Assembly (NCBI RefSeq): GCF_006345805.1
Contig: NC_043014.1
Location: 21,266,001-21,330,000 of the forward strand
Direction of reading: 5' to 3'
Length of the DNA stretch: 64,000 nucleotides
Source: Octopus sinensis
Taxonomy: Eukaryota
Shown: positions 52,406 to 63,480 of the stretch, in pieces
How the letters are laid out: each line of letters begins with the position of its first letter
Position numbering within the stretch: the first letter of the stretch is position 1
Program-made: the position numbers and the translations under genes
Notes under the pieces: generated by a model
What the model saw: the letters and a program-made list of their open reading frames with translations, nothing else
Databases searched by the model: none
What the model was told of the DNA's origin: nothing

Positions 52406-52707
52406 ATGCAGTTCTGGCGGTTGGGGGTGTTTGTCTCCCCTTCGTATATGTATATAAGGACACAGGGGAAAAAAATGTGTCGAAGCTATCAGGAGGCGTT
52501 CGATGCCTCCTAGGGCTATACAACGGTGGTGTACTCCCTACTGTCAGGTTCTTGTTAGATTGACAGTATACAACCATTCTATCGCCCCACCACCGTACAG
52601 GTCTCTACGAGAGATTTAGAAATTCAATATTTCTTATTTTGATAATCAGTGAATAGACTTCACTGAGTTTATAGATATACAGATACGAAGTCCAGACAAA
52701 TATCACC

Positions 52708-54440
52708 GCCCCCCTCTTTTTTTTTGGTTATTGTGGTGTGTTTGTTTCGAGTGCGTCATTGTGAAGAGGTTGTGAGTTCGAGTTCGTTGGAGGACGTTGA
52801 AAAGTTTTTTGTTGGAGATTTTTGAAAATGCAAGAGCAGACTTATGCGAGAGCAGCAGGCAGAGGCCTAGTTGCCAGTGAACAGGAAATGGAAGAAGTTG
52901 TGGTCGAACAGAAAACTCTAGAGAAGTATTTCGACAGTTTAAAGAGGGAGGGTGACTGCGTGAGAGTCACACCGTCCGAGGAGGAAGAAAGCAACGCGGA
53001 GAAGCGTATAATAACGTACAGGACATGGTGTGTGGCGTCGAAAAAAGTAGAAGTAGCAGAAACGGAAGAAGTAGAAAAGTGTCTGAAGGAAATTGAGGGT
53101 GAACCCACATTTTTCAAAAGAGGAAGGAAATATGCCACAGTGGTGGTATATTTTAAAACAGAAAATGAAGCAAAAAAGAATGCAACAAGAATTTTGAAAA
53201 CGGATAAGTGGACTTTACTACCAAGTTACTGCGGAAGGAGGGCAGTGAGGATGAGAATTAGCAGAATTTCGCCCGAATTTAATATGGAGAGGTTGTTGGC
53301 GGCAGTGGTTTTCAACTGCAAGGATAGTGTGGAGGTGTTGAAGGTGGAGAAGTCAACAGAGGTTAAGTGGTGGGGATATACGGTGCAGGTTCTGGCACAC
53401 ATAACCGTGCGAGACCTGTACAACATCCCGGAGGAGTTGGTCTACCCTGATGAGACACGGCTTAGAGTCATGGTAGAGGGAAGACCCCCAGTCTGCTATA
53501 ATTGTAAAGTGAGGGGCCACATGAAGGATGTGTGCCCGCTGGAGAAGACGAAGGCACCGGAGGCTGTAATAGAGGAGTGTAAAGATGCGTGTGTGGAGGA
53601 GGGAGAAGTGCAGGAGGAAACAAAAGAGCAGCTAAATGAGGATACGGAAGAAGAACGAGCAAGTGCAGAGGAGGAAAGAACAGAAGATAGGAAGAGAACA
53701 AGGGTGGAATCACCACCGGAAGTGCAAAAAAAGAAAAAAATCAAAAGCAAGATAACAGAAGAAAAAGAAGAGAGAACACGCAAAGAACAGGAAGTAAAAG
53801 AGAAGGCGAGAGAGCAGCCAAGGTCAGAGTTTGACCAAGAATGGGAGACAAGAGTGAAAGAGCAGTTGGAAGCGTGTAAAAAGGGAAGAAGGCCTGCAGG
53901 AAAAAACCTGAAAGTAGTTGTGATGTATATCAAGAATACAGAAGTGGAAAAGAGACTTGCAGGTAGGAAAGGGTTGGTCAGGGTGAAGTTGAACCCAAAA
54001 CTGTATGGTGACGATGTAAAAGGCGCAGTTATAGAAAAAGAAACATTCACAAAATTAAAAAAGATATTTAATGCTATTCATATAACGCATTATGTACGGT
54101 ATGACAATTTACCAAATGTAATAGACCAAATGGACTTAATAGAATATATGACGGACGAACGTCCAATATAAAAGAATTAGAATATATGTAATGTTAAAAA
54201 GTAAAATTGTTAATTGTAAAATTGTAAAATGTAAAATTGTATTTTGAACTGGAATATATGTAATTGTGAAATGTACAATTGTATTTTAAACGGAACTGCG
54301 AGTTGGGGGTTCGTAAGCCGTTCCATCTCATTATATATAATTCATCTTTATTTCATATTTTATTTTTACTTTATGTACCCCACGTCCCGTCTTGTAATGT
54401 CCCGTCTGAATTAGGGCCATCGTGCCCATAATAAAGATAT
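52708..54440 (+). mobile_element. ORF1-only retroelement copy 2 (intact, 1733 bp)
   Basis: Flanked by the 9-bp duplication AATATCACC (52699-52707, 54441-54449). 120-bp 5' UTR, one ORF, 3' UTR with AATAAA at ~54430. No RT or endonuclease. Confidence 0.88.
52828..54171 (+). CDS. 447-aa Tx1/L1-ORF1-like nucleic-acid-binding protein: RRM-like region, CCHC knuckle, E/K-rich linker, conserved C-terminal domain
   Basis: Uninterrupted ORF from ATG 52828. CYNCKVRGHMKDVC = CX2CX4HX4C preceded by LRVMVEGRPPV. Homologs at 14254 and 57031. Confidence 0.85.
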   Translation: MQEQTYARAAGRGLVASEQEMEEVVVEQKTLEKYFDSLKREGDCVRVTPSEEEESNAEKRIITYRTWCVASKKVEVAETEEVEKCLKEIEGEPTFFKRGRKYATVVVYFKTENEAKKNATRILKTDKWTLLPSYCGRRAVRMRISRISPEFNMERLLAAVVFNCKDSVEVLKVEKSTEVKWWGYTVQVLAHITVRDLYNIPEELVYPDETRLRVMVEGRPPVCYNCKVRGHMKDVCPLEKTKAPEAVIEECKDACVEEGEVQEETKEQLNEDTEEERASAEEERTEDRKRTRVESPPEVQKKKKIKSKITEEKEERTRKEQEVKEKAREQPRSEFDQEWETRVKEQLEACKKGRRPAGKNLKVVVMYIKNTEVEKRLAGRKGLVRVKLNPKLYGDDVKGAVIEKETFTKLKKIFNAIHITHYVRYDNLPNVIDQMDLIEYMTDERPI

Positions 54441-54470
54441 AATATCACCAGCCGACCGGTGTCTGCTACT

Positions 54471-54514
54471 CTAGGCCGATGAAGAACAATGATCCTGAAA
54501 CACGGTGTCCCTAG
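54471..54514 (+). ncRNA. Type I hammerhead motif, second tandem copy (one stem II mismatch)
   Basis: Same as 52362-52405 except AGAA/UCCU in stem II; predicted cut after 54509. Confidence 0.65.
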
Positions 54515-54667
54515 ATGCAGTTCTGGCGGTTGGGGATGTTTGTCTCCCCATCGTATAGGGAAAAAAATGTGTCGAAGCTGTCAGGAGGCGTTCGATGCCT
54601 CCTAGGGCTATACAAGGGTAGTGTACCCCCTACTGTCACGTTCTTGTTAGATTGACAGTATACAGCT

Positions 54668-54702
<35 letters not shown>

Positions 54703-54718
54703 TCCATTCTAGCAAAAA

Positions 54719-54756
54719 CTGTCCGATGAACGGCAACGGGAAACTCAGAGTAACAG
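54719..54756 (+). ncRNA. Minimal hammerhead motif, same family as 37913
   Basis: CUGU-CCGAUGA-ACG-GCAA-CGG-GAAACUC-A-GAGUA/ACAG. Confidence 0.6.
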
Positions 54757-54814
54757 GTTTTGTTGAATTTTCTGCCGCTTTAAATAAAGTATATATATAT
54801 ATAAGAAGTTAATT

Positions 54815-55010
54815 ATATGGTCCATCATAGAGTGACCAATGATTTCGCATCCATAAAGCGATTAGCTTTATGGACGGCTTGTCCGACTCTAATGGTCCTG
54901 GGCTATTACCTCACGTTATATGTTCGCGGCCATTACAGTCCAACGAGCTGTCTGTAAAGCTCAGCGCTTTATGGATGCGAAGCTATGGTCAATCTTTGAC
55001 TGGACATATT
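54815..55010. repeat. Imperfect ~195-bp hairpin (MITE-like)
   Basis: TTCGCATCCATAAAGCG pairs with CGCTTTATGGATGCGAA; outer arms also pair. Confidence 0.55.
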
Positions 55011-55498
55011 ATTAACTTCCTGTAAATATATTACTGCTCTAACGTTTAGTGTCTGCTTATTTTTCTACTGACGATATATATACATAATATATATATGTGA
55101 ATGAGAAAAAGAAGAAATTGGAGAAATTGACATGCAGACATCATGTGTGTGTGTATGTGTGTGTGTTTGAGTGTGTGTGTGTGTGTGTGTACATGTATAT
55201 ATACAAAATATGGGGGTTTAGTTCATGAGTGATCTAAACGACTAGGTAGGTTCATAAATACATACATACATACATACATACATACATACATAGTCTTCTG
55301 CAAAAGGTTCACCTCCTAATTTTACACGTATGTCATTGGTCAAACCTACGCTATAAGAGAAGACATTTGGCCAACATGCCACCTCGTGGAAGTGAACCAG
55401 AAACTCTGTAGTTACAAATGAGCACTTCTTAAGCACAGTTGGGGGAAATGTATTCAATACCATAGTATAGATTTTTAATATATTTTATCTTAGTCAAA

Positions 55499-55544
55499 TT
55501 GCCTGAAGAGCTCGTACAGCCACAAGCGAAACTCAGAGTAACAA
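55499..55544 (+). ncRNA. Type I hammerhead motif
   Basis: UUGC-CUGAAGA-GCU..AGC-GAAACUC-A-GAGUA/ACAA; one stem I mismatch. Confidence 0.55.
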
Positions 55545-56028
55545 GAAACTTACGCAGGGGAGCGCTAAGCAATGATATGTAGAAATGCAATGTTACTACC
55601 AGTCTAAATGTGCTCGAGACACGTTCACTGTGTTTTGTCTTGGAGAAAATTTCTTGCTGTAGCCAAATAGTTCGCAGCGCCACCTACCTAGACATCTCGA
55701 AGTAGATGTCTTCTGATAAGTGCTATGCGATAGCGCTAATCAGCCATCGTACGATGACTGAAATAGCATAAGAGAAACAATCTCTTTGATCAGTTCGCAG
55801 CATCACCTGCCTGGTGGCTGTGGCTGAAGAGGGGAAAACAACTCCGAAATGCTGGCATCTCACAGTCTAGGCAGGTGGTACGACGAACTGATCTAGGTGT
55901 ATACACACCATTTGTCTACAGCGAGAAATTTTCTCCATGACAAAATACAGTGGCTGGTTGGTTCCCCAGTCCGAACGTGCCTCAAGCATATTGCGTTTAA
56001 CAAGAAACTGTCTCAGCCGAAATAATAC

Positions 56029-56123
<95 letters not shown>

Positions 56124-56124
<1 letters not shown>

Positions 56125-57716
56125 CTCTATATATATAAAACTGAGAATGTGTGTCTATCTGTCTGTCTGTGTGTTTCCCTAAAACTTGAGGACTACACAA
56201 CCAATTTCATTCAAATTTTACACATGCCTTACTTAGGGTTTATGTAGTTTCATGGGCAAAAAAAATGTTTAACTTCTTGCCTAGGGCGAGCCCATAGCAA
56301 TATCATATCTTCTCCACTATTTCAGTATTACGTGTTAAAAGTGAAACAAAAACATTTCTCTATTTTATGTCAGATACTTTCACTTTAACAATAAAAATTA
56401 GAGATAATAATAGCAATTGAATTATATGTAGTAAGTAATAATTAAAATCAAACTAAAGTATAATATAATAATTAAATCGTAACATAACAAAAGTAAAAAT
56501 AGCAATTGGTATAAAATTGCATCAATGACTTGAACTTGAATAAGTGGTTTCACATGAATGGGAATAAATTAAAAATAAAATTAGTATGCAGAAATAGAAT
56601 AGTCCAGATGGAGCTGTGCATAAACCTTTTACCACGGCTTTTACATTAGATTATCTGCTAATTAGCTAGCATTAAGTATCTATATGAAGTTTGGCTGTAT
56701 GTAATGTCAGTTTTCTCGAACAGCCGCTTCTACTGAGTACTGCTGTTGGTTTATTCCTTATACATAAAGGACTATAGCTTCAACTGCGTACTGCTTTTTG
56801 ATTTACCGTAAGGTTTGTTGTTATTATTATTACTGTTTAACTATTGTTATCACGTTTGTTGGTTCCTCGAAAGGGAAACGTTGTTGTGTTGCATTTGTTA
56901 AATAATTGTAAATGGTAACCCTCCCCCTTTGGGAGAAAGAGCTTTGGTTATTGTTTAAAAATTTCATTGTGTCCCTGTTTGGGGAAATTGACAATATTTT
57001 CACCGTTTATTCGGAAGCATTTTTGTTAAAATGCCTTCGATAGAAGAAAGTCCAAAAATGAATTTCGCTGCAGCTGTCGGCGGGCGCGAACTCATTAAAA
57101 TTAAAATGGAAGAAATACAAACCTACTTCGGATTGATCACCGACAAAGACGGTGAATCTAGGATAACACCACCAAACGAAATAAAAAATTAAATTAAAGA
57201 AAAGTATACAATGTAGAGAAGAAAAAAAGATTTGAACATCTGGAGGAAAGCACCATCGAAAAGTGTCTTGGTGCGACTATGAAATATATCAAGTATCTAA
57301 CCAGAGGCTGTAAATTCGCCACAATAGAAGCAAGGTTCGAGTCAACGGAGCGTGCAAGGGAGTACTCGACTCGAACCTTGCAAAGTGGAAATATTTTATT
57401 TTTACCTGTATATCTGAGACGTAGGACGTCCCGGATAAAAATTTTAAATGTCACCCCAGAAGTAGAGGTAGGCTGGATTGTAGCCACACTTCTATACAAG
57501 AGGGAGGACAAGATACAATTGATCGAAATTGCAAGAGACGGGCCTACAATTCCAGTCTGTTATATATTTTGAGTATTGTTATCACTAGCGATATCAAGAT
57601 ATAATTTGTATTTTGCATTTTATGTGTAGATGTATATATATAGATGTACATGTAATATGTACACATATATACATGCACTAGCACTATGACCCAGCAGCGA
57701 CGGGTCATAATGCTAG
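56124..57716 (+). mobile_element. Non-autonomous Helitron-like element
   Basis: A|TC 5' end followed by TATATAAAACTGAGAATGTGTGTCT..; subterminal hairpin TATGACCC..GGGTCATA (57685-57709); CTAG|T 3' end. Confidence 0.6.
57031..57545 (+). pseudogene. N-terminal fragment of a third ORF1-like family member
   Basis: MNFAAAVG.., IEKCL..YLTRGCKFATIEARF..FLPVYLRRRTSRIKILNVTPE aligns to the 447-aa protein; truncated before the knuckle. Confidence 0.7.
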
Positions 57717-57899
57717 TATATATATAAAATATATATATATATATATATATATATACGTGTGTGCATGTGTGTGTGCGTATGTGTGTATGTATGTATTATT
57801 AGATAATAAATCAATGGTACACACCTGGTAGCTTACCGGTAAATTACGTTCCCTTTTACAGTATTCGTTGGGCATTTGATTAATGAAGGAGACGGGAAA

Positions 57900-59135
57900 T
57901 GAAAGATACTAGAATGTTTATTAATCACTACAGTTCATCTAGCAACGATCTTTCACGGGTGAGATACTTACCAACTGGTTTAGGAGTATCCGTCGGTGTA
58001 GGTGTGCCTCTTCAGGTGATTACAAGATTTATCTCATTAAAATAACGACTGTTCCGCAAGATATCTTCTCAGTTTGTGCAAAGAAAAGCAGCAAATTAAG
58101 GAATGCAGCTTCATTTTTATAGAAGATCCTTAGTAAATAACGGATACAAAAAGAAACGAATATACAATACAATGAAAAAGTATTAAATATAACCGTTAAC
58201 AGATGTATAAACGCTCTCACTTAGGTTGTGTAGCGCATGTACACTCGCTCGTACAAACATCCACGAAGATATAAGCATACGCACACGCAATGTTTTGGCG
58301 CACATACGCTCACACAGCGAATTAAATAGCTACTTATTGTTTATAAGAGTGGGGAGGCTAGAGTTAAATTTAATTCAACCATACCTTAATGTAAATTATG
58401 ATTATTAATTAGGTTAACTGACTCAAATTCATTCTCACTGCATTGTGCAAAAGTGCGTTTATAAGCATGTATGCATCTTGAGGGTCTTTCAGAATTTCTA
58501 TTAATGATCTTCTCATAGGTTCACAAAATAGACAGGGATTCCTCAGAGCAGAGTCTACATCTTGTGGAAAGGATATTATACGGTTGTGCGTGCCTTATTA
58601 TGGACCAAGTTGTGTTATACTTAATTTTATCTTCCTTAAATCGCCACACAAAATCAGCCAAAGATGTTGAATGCCTCTTATTGATTTCCTTGAAGCTGAC
58701 GATATGGTTGCGATAACGATTCTTGAATGAATCAGCCGTTGCCCAAACGTAAACATACGGTCCTCACTTTGTGTGTACAGTACATTTACATACAAGCTTC
58801 GTACTCATACAGGGGTTTATACATCCATATCTGTTAACGGTTATATTTAATATTTTTTCGCTGTACTGTGTATCCGTTTCTTTTTGTATCCGTTATTTAT
58901 TAAGGATTTTCTATAAAAATGAAGCTGTATCTCTTAATTTGCTGCTTTCTATACACAAACCGAAAAGATATCTTGCAGAACAGTCATTATTTTAATGAGA
59001 TAAATCTTTTAATCACCTGAAGAGACACACCTGCGCCGACGGATACTCCCAAACCAGTTAAGTATCCCATCCGTGAACGATCGATGATAGATGGGTCGAA
59101 ACAATTGTAGTGATTAATTAACAGTCTCGTATCAT
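57900..59135 (-). mobile_element. PLE 3' fragment: GIY-YIG remnant between inverted pLTRs
   Basis: - strand 58796-58410: VCKCTV..YVYVWAT..FKNRYRNHIVSF..STSLADFVW..WSII..CRLC..SRCIH. Arms ~57900-58210 and ~58810-59135 are inverted. Confidence 0.75.
59011..59115 (+). ncRNA. Type I hammerhead motif with ~70-nt structured insertion in stem II
   Basis: AAUCAC-CUGAAGA-GAC..GUC-GAAAC-AAUUGUA/GUGAUU; 6-bp stem I, palindromic stem III. Confidence 0.7.
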
Positions 59136-60372
59136 TCATTGCTGAGTATCATTTGAAAAGATTCTTGATGCCATCCTTGTAGTCCATTGCCTTCTTGTTG
59201 CCCAAGAAATTTTCACGGATCTAATTGAAAGCATTCCAGGCAGTTCCAGTTCATCCAGTGTTGACTTGAAGTTGAGAACTTTGAGTACTTCTCTAATTTG
59301 GGGTCTAGCAAAGATATCCTCTTTCAACTTCGCCTGTGTGACTTTGGGAAACTTTTCTCTAGCATTTCTCTTTCCTAGTGTCTGTACAAACTGTTTCATC
59401 AATCCAAGCTTTATGTGAAAAGGAGGCAATAGGACATTACATGGACATTACAGTCTTGATGCCAACTGTTTTACTTTATCTTTTGAGAGGGATAGGTCTC
59501 TGACAAGGTTATTCAGTTCAGCTTGGGAAAATTTCTGAGGTTCAAAGCTATCGTCACCAGCCATGTAATCTTCCTCAGCAGTACCATATTGACAGTCAGC
59601 ATTATCATATGATGTTTCAATACCATCACCTGGTGGAACTGGAATTGGCAGACTTTCATTGTAAGACACAGTTCTCGTGCAGAATCCAAATTGGAATACA
59701 CAATTTTGTGTTTATTCTTCATAGAAAGTCCTGTGACATTTACTTTGCAAAAATAACGGTCATTAAAATGGTCTTTCGGCTCTCTCTACATCATTGAAAT
59801 GATAAAAGGCATGGACTTATTATTATTGAACTAGTCACGCAAGCTGAGCAGATAAAATGTGGTGCCCATAACTTGTCCTGATCTCCAAGAAGACAGACAA
59901 AGTATAGCTTATAAATCTCCTTGATCTCTGGTGTTATTGTACGTTTTTGAGCTTTCACAATAAATTGTCCACAGACATAACAAAACACATTAGGACGATT
60001 TCTACACTGTCTTGACATTCTTAACATTGTAAAACAAGTAAGGAAATAGATACAAACGGTTATACTTATATTGAATTTGAGATGAGGAAATATTTCATCA
60101 GACAAATTATAACTGGACAATTTGAGACAAAATTTGATTAGTTAATTTAAGATGATGAAATATTGCATCTAAACTATGCAGCAATGAATAATGTAGTTTA
60201 TTTTACTGGTATGTTTCCATGGTGTAAATGAAATACATGCATACACGTCATTAATTGGAATTTCTATATAATGCATGAGCTAAAACCAACAAACTTTCTC
60301 ATGTTGAAACCTGTACGTGATGTCAAAAAACTAATTGATATATGCTTGATGAAAAATATTTACTGACCAGTG
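59136..60372 (-). mobile_element. Internally deleted Chapaev3-like (CMC) DNA transposon
   Basis: CRNRPNVFCYVCG..LGDQDKLWAPHFIC..C, PPFHIKLGLMKQFVQ, KLKEDIFARPQIR; CACTGG terminus at 60372. Family assignment is from memory of the motifs. Confidence 0.6.
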
Positions 60373-61651
60373 TAATCAATGATATTTAGCTTCCATTTTC
60401 CCAGGAATTGCAAAGACGATTATACGTATCACTCACTTCTCTATGTCTCTCTCCAAGTACACACACATACACACACATATGTATATATACATACATACAT
60501 ATATACATATATATATATACAATTAGATGTTAAAATAGCCTCATTAGGGGATAGTAATATCCAATGAATTACTGTTTCATTTTTTGTGAATAATAACAGG
60601 TCTAATAATAGGTCTAAATATAAATCTTGGTTTATAAATATGAAAAAGAAAATGAAAATTTAGAAAATGGACATGTAGCATTAATATAATTTATTATCTG
60701 CGAAAAGCCAACATATTCTCTTATGGCTGTTTCAATTTACCATAAAAGATTAAATTACAATAATTAAATCATTGTATAAGGCAAAATCTCATCAGAGGAG
60801 TAGAAAAGATATACCGTTAGGTTATTAGGTGTTGTGTTTTCAAATCATCTCAGCAGACTGAATATTATTTTGTTGCTAATATTGGTATAAACCTGGGCTA
60901 GGGGGGGGGCATATGTTGTTTTAGTGGGTAATGGATAATGTGAATAGATAATGTATATATGTGTGTGTGTGTGTGCGTGTATGTATATATATGTATATAT
61001 ATGTATATATATATATAATTATTGAGACACTTCACTGCGCCTGTGTTACTCTCCTTCTTTCTCTTCCTCTTCGCCGAAATTCAACGCAAGATCAACGAAG
61101 AACACCGAAGAATAACGATGAACAACGAAGAAAAGCGAAGTCTGCCGAGAACAATAAAAACTGAATGAGTAGACAACTATGTTCTTACTGACATTTTCTT
61201 TCTCACTCTTTCCTTCCACTGTCTTTCCATCTCCCTTTCTCTCTCTCTTTCTCCCTCTCTCTCTTATTCTCTTTCACTCACTGTCTATCTATCTATCTCT
61301 ATCCATCTTTCTATCTTCCATTCTCCCTCTCCATATTTTTCTCTCCATTGACAAAAGACGTTCTTAATATTTAACATTATATCGGGAGTTCTTTTTTATA
61401 ATTTTTTCATATTTGTTGCCTATTAAAATGATGTTGACCTGTAACGACAGTAATTCTCTGCTTCGGGCGCATCTTTCGATAACGGAGGAGAGTCTTGATT
61501 TGGCTGAGGGGATGTATGTGTGTGTTTGTGTGTGTGTACAGAGAGGAAGACAAACAGACAGAGACAGAGAAGGAAAGAGACAAAGTGAGAGAGGCAGTCA
61601 GACAGTCAGACGACAGACAGACAGACCGATGGAGGGACAGAGAGTGATTGT

Positions 61652-61745
<94 letters not shown>

Positions 61746-61903
61746 GAAGAAGAAGAAGAAGAAGAAGGGGTAGGAGGGGGAGGGGGAGGGGGAAGTTGGG
61801 GAGGAAAGAAAGACAGAAAGAAAGAAAAATAGAAAGATAGAAATCCTGCTCTATTGCCGTGTTTCTGCCTCTCTTCCTTACTCTAACTTTCTCTCTCTCT
61901 CTC

Positions 61904-61972
<69 letters not shown>

Positions 61973-62021
61973 GTATGTGTGTGTATATATATACATATAT
62001 CTATGTGTATGTATATGTGTT

Positions 62022-62055
<34 letters not shown>

Positions 62056-62327
62056 ATATATATATAAACATATATATAATGTCTCTATCTACTTCGTTAT
62101 AACAGTCTTTATTATTTTTTTCTCTTCTCTCTTCCGCTGCTTCTTTTTTCTGCACACATACACAGACTTTTTCTTCTCTTTCACAACCTATCCACTTTAA
62201 ACACATTCTCTTATTCTGTTATTCTTTCTCTCTTTCTCTCTGACTACCTCTTTCTTTCACTCTCACGCACATACAAACATATACACGATATATACATAAG
62301 CGTTATCTCTTCTTTGCATGATGATGA

Positions 62328-62358
<31 letters not shown>

Positions 62359-62528
62359 AAGAAGAAGAACAACAACAACAACAACAACAACAGCAACAAC
62401 AACAACAACAACAACAAAATTGTTGGTAATAATAGCCCTTGATAACAAGTACAACAATAACATTTCCTTTATCTGCCAACAAGAAATTATAGCAACAATA
62501 AGATGAATACTTAAACAAACGAGAAAAT

Positions 62529-62623
<95 letters not shown>

Positions 62624-62982
62624 AGAAGTAGAAAAAAAAAGGTTGTTGAGAGATAAGAAGGACATATAAATAGAGAGAGAGAAAAACAAGAAAGAGAGAG
62701 AGAAAGAGAAAACGTCGTGGCTGGCGGCCATGGAAGTTTTGTTGTTTCTTCATTTTAAGTATCGTCTCATATCAGCCATGTTTCCGTAGCTTGTTTTGTA
62801 CAGTAAGCAATGAAAGAAGCAAAAGAATAAGAACAAGAGAGTTTGCCACAGGTTTTTCCATTCTTTTTCTTCTTTTCTTTCTTTCTTTCTTTCTATCTTT
62901 TTTTACTTACTTTTCCATATATTTCTCATTCTGTCACGTAGTTCTTTCTATATTCCAGGCAATCATTCGCTTTTCCTTTTTC

Positions 62983-63030
<48 letters not shown>

Positions 63031-63048
63031 TTATATACATATATATAT

Positions 63049-63080
<32 letters not shown>

Positions 63081-63128
63081 GTATATATTAGAGCATTCTA
63101 TCACTTTGCGTTGATACATAAGTACATA

Positions 63129-63175
<47 letters not shown>

Positions 63176-63273
63176 GTGTATTTAAGTATGTATGAATAGA
63201 TACATATACCTAGCTTCCTCTCTGATATATAAAGAGAGAGGCGGGCGGGGACGAACGAAAAGGAACAAGAACT

Positions 63274-63355
<82 letters not shown>

Positions 63356-63360
63356 CAGAC

Positions 63361-63480
<120 letters not shown>

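Larger units (their letters stand above)
52020..54672 (+). repeat. 367-bp hammerhead-bearing tandem repeat (retrozyme/pLTR-like) with a 5' inverted copy, interrupted by a retroelement
   Basis: Unit 52332-52698; partial unit 52200-52331; continuation 54441-54672; inverted ~180-bp copy at 52016-52197. Confidence 0.85.

Noticed and set aside
52828-54171. Deltavirus antigen or Obelisk-type protein of an endogenised viroid-like agent
   Set aside because: The protein has a Tx1/L1-ORF1-type knuckle context, homologs without ribozymes occur in the window, and no rod-like self-complementarity is evident.
52332-54672. LTR retrotransposon (gag-like ORF between direct repeats)
   Set aside because: The repeats lack TG..CA ends, PBS and PPT, and there is no pol. 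The 9-bp TSD shows that the ORF element inserted into a pre-existing tandem repeat.
55708-55775. HHR-like CTGATAA...GAAATAGCATA
   Set aside because: G8 is missing and stem I is weak; at best a dead remnant.
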